A DNA stretch of 48,857 nucleotides, from NCBI GenBank assembly GCA_011364985.1, contig RDOC01000001.1, positions 422,630 through 471,486 on the forward strand, written 5' to 3'. The DNA is from Candidatus Thorarchaeota archaeon (GTDB taxonomy: Archaea > Asgardarchaeota > Thorarchaeia > Thorarchaeales > Thorarchaeaceae). Below the pieces are notes generated by a model. The model did not search any database. It saw only the letters and a program-made list of their open reading frames with translations, and was not told where the DNA came from. The position numbers were made by a program, and so were the translations under genes. This document shows, piece after piece, positions 25,251-35,242 of this stretch; positions within the stretch are counted from its first letter, which is position 1, and every line of letters begins with the position of its first letter.

Positions 25251-27304
25251 TTATCCTATGATCTTCTTCCGAACCAGTTCCTCCAAATAATCGTCCTCTG
25301 GAATGTAAGGCAGGGTTATTTGGCCTCTTTTTCCCATTCTCTTGTTCCATTCAATCACAGCTTCCACGGCATGGTCATTTCGAGCCCAAGCACGTCTAGC
25401 CACGCCACTCATTACATCCCAGTCTAATGCAGATCTTATGATATTGTCAACCCGATCACTTCCATCGAGAACAAGCCCAAATCCGCCATTGATTGCTTTG
25501 CCTATCCCTACACCACCCCCATTTGATAGAACGCAGAGAGTCATTCCTCTTGCTGCATTTCCTGCCCAGCACTGATGAGACATGTCGCTGGAGATATTAC
25601 TTCCATCTAGTATGTTTGCAGTTTCTCTAAAGGGCGAATCTGTTCCACCTGTATCATGGTGGTCCCTTCCAAGCATTATTGGCCCTATCTTACCCTCGCG
25701 TACGCTTTTGTTGAACTTGAGTGCAATCTTAACACGACCCTCTACATCTGCATAAAGTATCCTTGCTTGTGAGCCGACGACCAAGGCGTTCTTCTCAGCG
25801 TCCCGAATCCAGACATAGTTGTCTCGGTCTTGCCCTCGCCTTGTGGGATCTATACAGGACATGGCGATACTGTCAGTCTCTATGAGATCCTTGTGCTCCC
25901 CGCTCAGACAGATCCATCTAAAAGGACCGTAGCCATAATCGAAACACACAGGGCCCATGATGTGTTCGACATACGATGGAAAAATGAATCCATCATCTGT
26001 GGTTTTACCATTCCTCGCAATACTCGTAGCTCCAGCATCAAAGACCGCCTTCATGAAGCTGTTGCCGTAGTCCCAGAAGTGTGTCCCTTGAGCAGTTACT
26101 TTCCGTATTAAATCAAATTGCAGACGAAGGGATTCATCGACCTTGTTCTTGAACTCTGCACGATCCCTTCTGAGTAGCTCCCTTCCCTGTTCAAAGCTCA
26201 ATCCTTGAGGTGTATATCCGCCATTGTATACATCATGGCATGAGGTCTGGTCGGAGGAGAGTTCGATAGGAATCTCATGTCTTGCTACATAATCCCAAGC
26301 ATCGACGATGTTGCCGTAATAGCCAATAGAAACAGTATCACCACTCTCGCGAAATTCCTTCACCCATTCGAAGATCTCATCGAGATCATCAGAAGAGCGA
26401 TTGAGCCATCCTTGTTTGCTTCGTGTTTCTATTCTGCTCTTGTCCACTTCTGCAATAATCCCAATGCCCCCTGCAATCTCAACTGCCTTTGCTTGGGCAC
26501 CACTCATCCCTCCAAGACCGGAACTAAGGAAGACCTTTCCACTCAGATCCTTGTCATCTGGAATACCGAGGTAGAGACGACCTGCATTCAGTAACGTCAG
26601 ATAGGTTCCGTGAACAATCCCCTGCGGGCCAATGTACATCCAACCACCTGCAGTCATCTTTGCGGGACTCAGCGTGGTGCTAGAGCCTGTCCGTAATTCG
26701 TGACGCCGAGGGAGGATGCCTTGCGAAACATCTCTGGAGTATCAAACATCCCGACCATTAGTCCATTTGTCGAGATTACTCGAGGGGCATTCCTATGAGA
26801 GGGAAATAACCCCAAAGGATGACCCGAATTGACGGCCAGAGTCTGCTCTTCATCCATTGTCTGCAGATACTTCATAATAAGCTGATACTGCATCCAATTC
26901 TGGCAGACTTGGCCTGATTCACCATATGTCACGAGTTCGTAGGGATAGAGTGCAACATCAAAATCCAAGTTATTGTCTATCATCAATTGAATTGCTCTTG
27001 CCTCAAGAATTCCCTTATATTCGTCAATGGATCTTGCTTTAATTCGCCCTTGAGACCTGAACCGGTATCCATAGATTCGACCCCTTGTTACTAGCTCATT
27101 CAGAAATTCTGGTGCAAGTCGTTCATGAAGGCTGTCTGGGACATAACGCAGGGCATTCTTTAGAGCGACTACGGTTTCTGATTGAGTCAGGTTGTAACCT
27201 CTATCTGGTGCTCTCCGTATTCCAGACTCGAACTCCGGATCAGGAGGAAGTTCAGATGAGAGTTTTATATTCATTACATCAGAAATACTAGTCAATAGCA
27301 ACAC
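25251..27304 (-). CDS. hutU: Urocanate hydratase (long UROC1-like type), split by a 29-nt putative intron; exons 27304-26689 and 26659-25251, 674 aa if spliced
   Basis: NNLDFDVALYPYELVTYG, SGHPLGLF, NYGQ|MTAGGWMYIGPQGIVHGT, GLGGMSGAQ, SDQTSCH, GRDHHD. Confidence 0.95.
26660..26688 (-). other. Putative bulge-helix-bulge mRNA intron (29 nt) in hutU
   Basis: AGGCTCTAGCACCACGCTGAGTCCCGCAA; bulges ACA and AAA flank helix ACGG/CCGC (one A-C mismatch); cuts AC^A and AA^A rejoin TAC GGA CAG ATG. Confidence 0.8.
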
Positions 27305-27647
27305 CGCCTGATTTCAACTGGTTTGTTGTCAATCAAGCATAAAACGATTTCAGTCGTCGTGTCTCTTCTTAGATTCGGAAGTAGACCTACGTTTCAAACA
27401 ACCACTAGCTGAACTTGGTGATATTCCAAGTTCTCTCCAAAGAAAGTCATCATTAAGAATGTTGTAGCTTGATAATAGGGAGAGAAGAAAAAGTGATACC
27501 TTGGTAACGACGAGCAGAAAAAGACAAGGCAGCAAGTAGAGAATCGGGCGATTAGGAAGAGAGAATCTGCCGTTTTCTGAATCACAAGCTGCGGAAATGG
27601 TACGAGAGAGCTACCTGACCGGGAAATCAGAATTCAGATATACCCTT

Positions 27648-28088
27648 TCATAATGTTGGGCTCTGTTTTGATGAGCAATCAGGGGGACATAGCTTCTGAA
27701 ACACTGAAAGATCAACCGCCTTTCCAAAGATTCTAGAGGCGGTCCAGAGACAATCCTGGCGAAACGCATCGAGAGTGAAGCCAATGGATCTCAATTCTTT
27801 CAGATAGTAGAGATGACTAATAGCTCCATCCAATAGCTCTTCAGCAGAAGTCTCACCATTCCCACCTGCAAGGTCTCTTGGAAGCGAAGATTCAACCTCG
27901 ATTGTAATATCTGAAGAGATTTTGGTACGGATCACCAAAATACGAACCCAACTATCCTCGAAGAGAATTGAAACAGCTTCGCCAGCTTCATTAAAGTCTG
28001 AGGACGCTACTTGAGATATCAATTTTGTGTATTTTGTTTTCAGTATTGTCGCCTGTTTCATTTCATTCCTTTCCCCTCGTTTGATCAA
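27648..28088 (-). CDS. Hypothetical protein
   Basis: 146-aa ORF downstream of a small wHTH gene on the same strand. Confidence 0.6.
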   Translation of the reverse strand: MIKRGERNEMKQATILKTKYTKLISQVASSDFNEAGEAVSILFEDSWVRILVIRTKISSDITIEVESSLPRDLAGGNGETSAEELLDGAISHLYYLKELRSIGFTLDAFRQDCLWTASRIFGKAVDLSVFQKLCPPDCSSKQSPTL

Positions 28089-28144
28089 CTACTGAGAAAT
28101 TCACCATGGTTCGATACAGACACCGCCAAGAACAGGAGGTTTTC

Positions 28145-28399
28145 CTATACCTGTATTGGGCTGTACCTCATGAATACTGCACGAAGTTTTTCTTGGTCAA
28201 CAACATACAACGGGCGACGCATATCATTGAGATTGGGAATTCTTCGACAGACATTCCAAGACAGCAGCTTCTTGAGAGCGAAAGTCACAGTCCGAAGGGG
28301 GATCTCTGCCGTTCGGCTGATATCTCTTGGGGCCATTGGACCGTTCGATTTCAAGGCATCAATCACTAGAAGTGTGCTTTTGGGAGGCTCGCCAATCAT
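28145..28399 (-). CDS. Small winged-helix DNA-binding protein
   Basis: LKSNGPMAPRDI...PLRTVTFALKKL...PNLNDMRRPLY. Confidence 0.8.
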   Translation of the reverse strand: MIGEPPKSTLLVIDALKSNGPMAPRDISRTAEIPLRTVTFALKKLLSWNVCRRIPNLNDMRRPLYVVDQEKLRAVFMRYSPIQV

Positions 28400-28739
28400 T
28401 CTTCATTCACATCATTTCATTTTTCGTAGGTATTATGTGAGGAGCAGGGCGTGCATTTATGTCATGCAACATTAGACAGGAGAGAGAACTAGGAAGAGAG
28501 AGAATTGAAGCGATTTCTTGAGTAGGATATGATTCAATCATGATTGTGTCAATTCCAATTGGCTTAATGAATCTCCTATTACTATGACATAGCAATAGCT
28601 TCTCATACCTAGTCTAGCATTTGCACAGACTGAATATCTATTCACGGGACATGGTTGGTTCATATTCCTGCGCCGGGGCTCTCAAAACCGGAGAATTCTG
28701 AACCAGTTGCTTCGGTTTTGAAGCAATAGATGCTGATCA

Positions 28740-29324
28740 CTAGACAATGATGTCTTTGATGATATTCTTGTTTTCAACAATGCCCCAGCTACAAAAGCGC
28801 AGTTTTTTCCATCGCTCATAGACAGCTTCGATTTGACCAAGGGCCTTTGCGAAGTATATGGAGAGGACCAATCCGTGCGAAACAATCAGAATGGGGGCGT
28901 TCAAGTTTTCATTGTCGATTTGTCTGATTGCCTGCAAGAATCTTTCATGAGCGCTTTGTGCAGATTCCCAATTATGTACACTGCAGTGCGGATTGGCTAA
29001 TGTGGTTTCTACCGCTTTAAAGTAATCATCAGAAGAGAGAGAGGACCCCTTGTCACGGTTGAGCTCATTGAGAAGCGAAGTAGCTACTATTTCCTCTTCA
29101 GAAGATGACAGGAAGAATTCAGCTGTTTGAATGGCTTTTCTTTCCTCTGAAGAGTAGATGCGATCAAAGCCCAGACCAATTGAAGCCCTCGCGGCTTTCG
29201 CTTGCCTAATACCTTCTTCAGATAGCACCCATGAACTCGCCGGTAAGCGTGAATCGATCTGTGTATGTGCGTGTCTTAGAAGGTAAAGTGTATTGTTCCG
29301 CACCATAATTGTTTCAACTGCCAT
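28740..29324 (-). CDS. Histidine phosphatase superfamily protein
   Basis: YLLRHA, YSSEERKAIQTA, LNE, IVSHG. Confidence 0.9.
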   Translation of the reverse strand: MAVETIMVRNNTLYLLRHAHTQIDSRLPASSWVLSEEGIRQAKAARASIGLGFDRIYSSEERKAIQTAEFFLSSSEEEIVATSLLNELNRDKGSSLSSDDYFKAVETTLANPHCSVHNWESAQSAHERFLQAIRQIDNENLNAPILIVSHGLVLSIYFAKALGQIEAVYERWKKLRFCSWGIVENKNIIKDIIV

Positions 29325-29432
29325 TAGTCCATAAAAGCGGATAGCTTCTTTGTCTTAAAGGAGAAATCAATGAACCTCTGCATTTATCAAAGGATAGGGG
29401 ATTTGTTAGATTAGCAATGAGAGTGGCATAGA

Positions 29433-30116
29433 ATGGTCAAGGATGATGCACGTATTCTTGAACAGATTAGGCAGGTGGAGGAAGAAATCGAATCTACTAT
29501 GTGGTCCTGTCGCAACAAGGAAGATTACCAAGCTGAAATCAGGGCTTATCAAGAGGTCAAAGAGAAACTGGAGGGGTATAAGAAACTCCCAGAGAACATT
29601 GAAAAAGAACGTGATCGTGTTCTGTCATATTGTCTAATGAGGCTAGATGAAGCCTTATCCAATTCTGGGGAAAACGCTAATGCGATTGAAAGAGCGATAT
29701 ATGCTCTTGAAGTTGCCAAGAGATCAAAGGATGCGGTTCAGATAGCCCGCTGCCATCTGGCTCTTGGAATCAGACTGTTGAATAGGGGAAAGATCTCAGA
29801 GGCAGAAAAGAATTGGAGATACGTATTCAAGCTAGCTGAGAAACGAAAAGAAGACAACGACATGCGTCAGGTCTTAGGATGGACACTTTTTGCGCAGGCG
29901 CATGTTGTGAACAGCAAGTCGCTCTATAATCAGGCATATGAACTCCTTCTTAGGGCAAGGGAAATCCTGGCCGATATCGAAAACTATGCGGGTCTTGCAG
30001 CCATTTATAAGCTGCTTGCTCAAGTTTGCTCTTCTCTGGGTCATGACGAGGAAGCTGAAATCTCTCGTAAGCTGGCAGCAGAATACGATGCAAAAGCTTC
30101 CAGCCAGTACCAGTAG
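29433..30116 (+). CDS. TPR-like alpha-helical repeat protein
   Basis: ARCHLALG...AEKNW; AAIYKLLAQVCSSLGHDEEA. Confidence 0.7.
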   Translation: MVKDDARILEQIRQVEEEIESTMWSCRNKEDYQAEIRAYQEVKEKLEGYKKLPENIEKERDRVLSYCLMRLDEALSNSGENANAIERAIYALEVAKRSKDAVQIARCHLALGIRLLNRGKISEAEKNWRYVFKLAEKRKEDNDMRQVLGWTLFAQAHVVNSKSLYNQAYELLLRAREILADIENYAGLAAIYKLLAQVCSSLGHDEEAEISRKLAAEYDAKASSQYQ

Positions 30117-30134
30117 TCTCAAGGAGAAAGGCAA

Positions 30135-30329
30135 TTGGCAGGATTGGTGTTCTTCGGACTTGAGAACCTAAGGGCAATAGTGAAGTTCTACACAGACAGA
30201 CTTGGAATGAGAATCTGACTGGAACAAGAAGACATGGCCTTGGAATTCCAAACCTTCTTGTATGGTTTGCAGCCCATAGAAGTCGAATCATTTCTCAACT
30301 TGTCAATGGAACGAAAGGAAGCGCCATAG
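30135..30329 (+). pseudogene. VOC/glyoxalase-family remnant
   Basis: Manual translation MAGLVFFGLENLRAIVKFYTDRLGMRI*LEQED; AGGAG upstream; in-frame TGA at 30216; C-terminal half absent. Confidence 0.65.
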
Positions 30330-30353
30330 GATAAGTTGACCTATTATGATAGA

Positions 30354-30944
30354 TTAGACTGCAACGAAACCGCTGTTCTCGCTCTTCCATCCGAGTTTCT
30401 TCGCCTTCTTGAAGGCTTCATTTGAGTCCTTATACTTGCCAATAAGCCATAAGAGGAGTCGTAGCTGGTTCCATAGGTCGGGATCATCAGGGTTGGACCC
30501 TATTTGGGTTCGAATGCCCTTTTCAATTGCCTTGTACCGCTTTTTCTCACGTTTGCGCTCTTCCATTGCTTGTTCAAGCACATTTCTAATATGATCAGAA
30601 GAACGAATTAGACGGTACGAGAGGAATTCCTTTGGAGCGCCCTTAATTGCCGAGTTGATTGCTGAAGTTGGAGTGTCAGCTACACGGCACAATTCCCCCT
30701 CAATGAGCATCTGTTCACATCCGCCTCTCATGAACTCAAGCAGGGACTCCAATTGAATGGTAACTGGATGGTCAGGGCCTAAATGGTCGCTCGCCTGAGT
30801 CCACTCAAAGTAGACCACTTCTCTTCCAACCATATCAAGTACGCTCGGTGTGCAGCCAATTTTCTTCAAATCGGCAATGAGATTCCTGACTGTGTATGCA
30901 TCTCGGTCAGTCAGCTTTGATTCCTTTCGAGACATACTCCTCAC
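30354..30944 (-). CDS. Hypothetical protein with C-terminal TPR
   Basis: NPDDPDLWNQLRLLLWLIGKYKDSNEAFKKA. Confidence 0.7.
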   Translation of the reverse strand: MRSMSRKESKLTDRDAYTVRNLIADLKKIGCTPSVLDMVGREVVYFEWTQASDHLGPDHPVTIQLESLLEFMRGGCEQMLIEGELCRVADTPTSAINSAIKGAPKEFLSYRLIRSSDHIRNVLEQAMEERKREKKRYKAIEKGIRTQIGSNPDDPDLWNQLRLLLWLIGKYKDSNEAFKKAKKLGWKSENSGFVAV

Positions 30945-31061
30945 ACGCCAAAAACAGTATAGTAACTACGACGGCATTCTGATAAATAATCTGCATATGT
31001 ATCGGACGCTATTACTACATGCACATGGGTCAATATACCAGTCCTGAATTATTCACTAGCA

Positions 31062-31832
31062 CTAGTAGGGCAATTCCCACAGCACCCAATCTGGGAGAGG
31101 AACAAAGAAACGAAGATAGAGAATTAGGAGAAGTAACAGAACCGACGCCGCCAAAACTCCCCAGTCGCGACACCTGAAACGAAGTTGCTCCATGTATGTC
31201 CTGTTTTCGCTTCCTCCAAAGCCACGAGACTCCATACTCTCCGCGATTGAAAGCGCGCGACGAATAGACACAATAATGAGGGGTACAATGATTGGGATAA
31301 TACCCCTAATTCTTGATAGAAGACTACCCTTGTCAAGTTCAACACCGCGAGCCCTTTGTGCGTCCATTATGGCATAAGCCTCTTGACCAAGTGTTGGTAC
31401 ATACCTCATTGCCATACTCATTGCAAAGGCAAACTCAAACTTTACTCTCATCTGAATCAACGCTTGAGAAAGCTCATCAGGATGTACTGTAAGGAAGAAC
31501 AGCGAGAAAGAGGTCATAAGGCAAATCAAGCGAAGCGTGAGAGCGATAGAATGTGAAAAAGGATTAGGCACAGTTGAGAAAAGCGTATTGAACACCATGA
31601 TAAAGAGAAGCAAGAAACTCAGACCTTTCATGCTTCTGCTCCATCTTCTTAGAGATCTAGCAGCAATGATGAGCGGGACAAGAAATAGGAAGAAGATGAG
31701 CAACGGAACAATATTGATGAAAGTTAGGGAGATGATGGCAAAAGCAATTGACATGACTAGTTTTGCACGAGGGTCTATGTTATGAATGGGGGAATCCTGT
31801 CGAGTATACTGAAATACCTCAAGGAAAGACAT
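31062..31832 (-). CDS. ecfT: ECF transporter transmembrane component T
   Basis: IDPRAKL, MRYVPTL, AQRARG, AESMESRGF. Confidence 0.93.
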   Translation of the reverse strand: MSFLEVFQYTRQDSPIHNIDPRAKLVMSIAFAIISLTFINIVPLLIFFLFLVPLIIAARSLRRWSRSMKGLSFLLLFIMVFNTLFSTVPNPFSHSIALTLRLICLMTSFSLFFLTVHPDELSQALIQMRVKFEFAFAMSMAMRYVPTLGQEAYAIMDAQRARGVELDKGSLLSRIRGIIPIIVPLIIVSIRRALSIAESMESRGFGGSENRTYMEQLRFRCRDWGVLAASVLLLLLILYLRFFVPLPDWVLWELPY

Positions 31833-31834
31833 TA

Positions 31835-32659
31835 CTATTGACCCTCCAGAATCTCGACTATTGCATCTTCAACTTCCGAGAGCAGGAAACATCGCTCAGA
31901 AGCTGTGGGAAAGGTTCTATGAAGGGCTCTTGCGGTTTGAGTGAGTTGTGGAATTGTTAGTGAGCATAGATCAAGAACTTGTTGATTGCTTAGAACTGAG
32001 CGAGTAGGCCCATCTGCAACTATCTTGCCATCAGCCATTGCAATTGTCCTTGGAAAGTGCTCAACAACGAACTCGATATCATGAGTGACAACGATTACTG
32101 TACAGCCCTTTTCATTAAGTTCTTTCAAGAGATCAGCCAGTAATTCCTTCTGCCGAGCGTCCTGTCCGATTGTTGGCTCATCCAAGGCAAGAACAAGAGG
32201 CTCAATTGCTAGGACTGATGCAAGAGCGACGCGTTTGCGTTCACCGCCAGATAATGAGAAGGGGGATCGTTCTCCGAAACCTTCAAGGCTAAGCTTGGAA
32301 AGCGTCCTATCGCACCGCTGTTGTGCATCCTCCTGGGAGAAGCCAAGGTTTCTCAGGCCAAAGATGATTTCTTTCTCAACTGTGTCTAGGAATAGCTGGT
32401 GGTCAGGATTCTGCCAAACAAGCCCAACAATTCTGGACAGCTCTGCAACAGACTTACTACTGGCATTGCCACCATCGACGAATACGCGGCCCCGCATTGG
32501 CCGCAGAAGACCATTCATGTGCTTAATCAGAGTCGTCTTACCAGCCCCATTTGCTCCCATTATTGCAAGACGATCGCCTTGGTTGATTTGGAACGAAACG
32601 CCCCTCAAGGCTGTGTATAAACCCTCGTAGGAGAAATGCACATCCTCCATGATTATCAA
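31835..32659 (-). CDS. ecfA2: ECF transporter ATPase
   Basis: GANGAGKT, QNPDHQL, LSGGERKR, LDEPT. Confidence 0.9.
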   Translation of the reverse strand: MIIMEDVHFSYEGLYTALRGVSFQINQGDRLAIMGANGAGKTTLIKHMNGLLRPMRGRVFVDGGNASSKSVAELSRIVGLVWQNPDHQLFLDTVEKEIIFGLRNLGFSQEDAQQRCDRTLSKLSLEGFGERSPFSLSGGERKRVALASVLAIEPLVLALDEPTIGQDARQKELLADLLKELNEKGCTVIVVTHDIEFVVEHFPRTIAMADGKIVADGPTRSVLSNQQVLDLCSLTIPQLTQTARALHRTFPTASERCFLLSEVEDAIVEILEGQ

Positions 32660-33525
32660 GAACAGCTCGCCTCCTCTACAAGGTCCGAGAGTTCTTCTCC
32701 AGTAAGAGGTACTCTGCCTAACTTTAGGCCACGTTTTTCAAGCTTCATGTATATTTGAGTGGCCTTTGGAATGCCGATTCCCAATTCAGCACAGACACTG
32801 GATGAGAGCATTTCTCGTGGATTGCCATCTGCCACGATTTGCCCATTATCCATCAGAATAACACGAGAGGCGTCCTTCGCAATCAAATCGAGCCTGTGCT
32901 CAACAAGCACTATGGTCATTCCCTTTCTATTGAACTCGGCCAGAATTCCTAGAATTTTCTCAGCACTTTTGGGGTCGAGATTAGATGTAGGTTCGTCAGC
33001 AACCAAGACACGTGGCTGGAGAGCAAGCGTAGCAGCCATTGCCACTCGCTGCTGTTCTCCGCCTGACATTTCGTGAGGGTGCTTCTCTCGCAGACTTTCA
33101 AGTTCAAGCAAGTCAATGAAGTGCTCGACGCGCCTGCGAATCTCAGACGGTTCGACACCAAGATTCTCGGGTCCAAACGCTATTTCCTTTTCCACGTTGA
33201 GGGTCACAAGTTGATTCGTCGGGTTCTGAAAAACCAATCCGGCATGTGGAGCCAATTGGGCAACAGTGCTCTCTCGTGTGTTAATGCCATCAACATAGAC
33301 GTTCCCGGCAATATAGCCGCGATGGAAGTGCGGCACCAACCCATTGATTGCTCTGCACAGAGTGGTCTTTCCGCAACCAGAAGGCCCAGTTACGACAATG
33401 TATTCATCTTCTTCAACGGTCAAAGAAACCTTCCGAAGAGCCAATGAATCTGCTCCAAGATACTTGAAGCTGAAATCTGCAAACTCAATCAGCGGCAGTA
33501 AATCATTCCTCCCTAGCTGGAACAT
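32656..33525 (-). CDS. ecfA1: ECF transporter ATPase (true start possibly CTG at 33498)
   Basis: GPSGCGKT, FQNPTNQ, MSGGEQQR, DEPTSNLD. Confidence 0.9.
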   Translation of the reverse strand: MFQLGRNDLLPLIEFADFSFKYLGADSLALRKVSLTVEEDEYIVVTGPSGCGKTTLCRAINGLVPHFHRGYIAGNVYVDGINTRESTVAQLAPHAGLVFQNPTNQLVTLNVEKEIAFGPENLGVEPSEIRRRVEHFIDLLELESLREKHPHEMSGGEQQRVAMAATLALQPRVLVADEPTSNLDPKSAEKILGILAEFNRKGMTIVLVEHRLDLIAKDASRVILMDNGQIVADGNPREMLSSSVCAELGIGIPKATQIYMKLEKRGLKLGRVPLTGEELSDLVEEASCS

Positions 33526-34517
33526 TCTTTGCTTCCGTTCCTCTTCGATATTTCATCCCTAATGAGTTCGACTGAACGAACCAGAGCCGCGTCACGATTC
33601 ATGGTCCCGTTGGCTCCTGCAGCATTAGCATGCCCACCACCATGCCCTCCAATGACAACACCAAGGGGTTCCATGATATCAGAACCAAGATCGATTCCTG
33701 TCATCGAAGAAAACTTGTTGGTACTTCGAGCGCTCAAACGGACTTCGCCCTTTGAGGTCTTTCCACCAACTATTGCTACATCGGCCCCCAGCTCAATCAA
33801 CCCCCGACATGAACTGGCCTCGAAGGCGTTAATCTTTGATATAGCAATCACCCAATCACCAAGAAGATGGATTCTACATCGTCCAGCCGCCTTCAGGCGT
33901 GCAATTCGTTCCGACCTCTCGGGCTTGACTATCAATGAATTTACACTTTGGGAATAGTCAGCTCCTGCATCTATGAGTTCCAAAGCGGTTGAAAGCGCCT
34001 CTGCACCGCTGTAGAAGAAGCGTCTCGTGTCAAAAATCATTCCAGTGAGGAGGAGGGTTGCCACTGCAGGAGTCAGTTCTACTCCTAGTTCCTTGGAGAG
34101 ATCAAACATAATCTCACAAGTCGATGAAGTATCCGAACGAATGATAGTGTGCTCGGCCAAGCTAGCAATATCAGGATTTATCCCATGATGGTCAATTACA
34201 ATGGTTCTCTTCGGGTCGAGAAGCAACGACTCCACTGAGCTTCCAAGCTGGTAGCGATTATTTGTGTCAAGTATGACCACAAGGTCATGAGTCTTGTCAG
34301 AGCTAGTTGAGACGGTAGCCCCAGGGGTCAGGCTTTCGAGTACTTGGTTTGAAAGCTTACTAACATCATCACTGACTAAGGTTGCAGCACCCTTAGGATT
34401 CAAAGCATTGTATATGTACTGCATTGCCAGCATTGCACATACGGCATCAGGGTCGGCATTGTGATGGCCTAGTATCAGTACATTCTTGGCGCCTCTCAGA
34501 AGAAATTCAAGACTCAC
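33513..34517 (-). CDS. DHH/DHHA1-family phosphoesterase
   Basis: HHNADPDA, ILDT, IDHH, GGGHANAAG. Confidence 0.92.
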   Translation of the reverse strand: MSLEFLLRGAKNVLILGHHNADPDAVCAMLAMQYIYNALNPKGAATLVSDDVSKLSNQVLESLTPGATVSTSSDKTHDLVVILDTNNRYQLGSSVESLLLDPKRTIVIDHHGINPDIASLAEHTIIRSDTSSTCEIMFDLSKELGVELTPAVATLLLTGMIFDTRRFFYSGAEALSTALELIDAGADYSQSVNSLIVKPERSERIARLKAAGRCRIHLLGDWVIAISKINAFEASSCRGLIELGADVAIVGGKTSKGEVRLSARSTNKFSSMTGIDLGSDIMEPLGVVIGGHGGGHANAAGANGTMNRDAALVRSVELIRDEISKRNGSKECSS

Positions 34518-34824
34518 AGCTCTTCAACTCCTTGAGACATTTCTCAAGCCAAGCTGTGCCATGTTCTGCCGCTTCGTCGATGAGATCATTAAGATCACCA
34601 CCGCTTTCATAGTTTTGAGAGATATCGATGTCAATGTCTAGATCAAGCTTATCGCTAAGATGAACCGAACAACTGACTGTTAGTTCAGCAATGCTCTTTT
34701 TGGGAATCCTACGAAAGATGAATTCAGTTATCTTGGCTTCACACTCTTCAGCAAGCAGCTCTATTTGCTTTTCTGAAATGTTGGGCAACCCGATTTCGTC
34801 AGCTTCTGGCCGCATTTCTCTCAC
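34507..34824 (-). CDS. DUF3194-like archaeal protein
   Basis: Position between pfdB and the DHH gene; acidic small alpha/beta protein. Confidence 0.7.
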   Translation of the reverse strand: MREMRPEADEIGLPNISEKQIELLAEECEAKITEFIFRRIPKKSIAELTVSCSVHLSDKLDLDIDIDISQNYESGGDLNDLIDEAAEHGTAWLEKCLKELKSCES

Positions 34825-35183
34825 TAAAGTTTTGGTTCGTGCTTAGCAATTTCGATTTTGATTTTCGCCTCAAGATCGCTGAGCTTCTTGGCGAGCTTCT
34901 CAATTTGGCTGTTCGTCGATTCGAACTTCATCTGCAGCGTCTTTTCACGGTCATCAAGTTCTTCTACGATCTTGGGTTTGTCCACCCTAAACATCACCTG
35001 ACCAACGCTTTTGTATGTGACCACATTGTCAGGTTGCTTACGCAGCTCTTCCAAAGTGGCGCGAAGCTCAACTAACTCGGTTTGAATTGTCTGCTTGTAT
35101 GTGGTTAGAGTTTCATGCTGTTGTCTCAAATTCTCAAATCTTCTTAGATCGTCCTGTAATGCAGGAGGTATACTCTGAGCCAT
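34824..35183 (-). CDS. pfdB: Prefoldin beta subunit
   Basis: IPP, coiled coils flanking YKSVGQVMF; operon position. Confidence 0.92.
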   Translation of the reverse strand: MAQSIPPALQDDLRRFENLRQQHETLTTYKQTIQTELVELRATLEELRKQPDNVVTYKSVGQVMFRVDKPKIVEELDDREKTLQMKFESTNSQIEKLAKKLSDLEAKIKIEIAKHEPKL

Positions 35184-35242
35184 TGTAGTTCAACGCCTTG
35201 ATAGTAGTAGGTTGCTTCCGCCTTCGGCTTCGCGGTCGTGAC

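Noticed and set aside
26658-26686. Reading the hutU insert as a spliceosomal GC-AG intron (CAG|GC…AAAG|ATG)
   Set aside because: This is a 2-nt slide of the same 29-nt removal; there is no branch point or pyrimidine tract, no spliceosome is known in archaea, and BHB geometry independently predicts the junction.
25251-27304. hutU as a simple pseudogene or programmed frameshift
   Set aside because: Both halves are intact, hutH and hutI are intact, the insert is not a tandem duplication, and a frameshift would leave ~10 extra residues inside a conserved motif.
28011-28475. Antisense ORFs in the track (e.g. 28011-28475, 32085-32630, 38829-39347, 16607-17026)
   Set aside because: They lie opposite well-supported genes and carry no recognisable motifs.
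30216-30218. In-frame TGA as selenocysteine
   Set aside because: Context suggests a mutated Trp codon, the gene is truncated, and no SECIS-like element was recognised.
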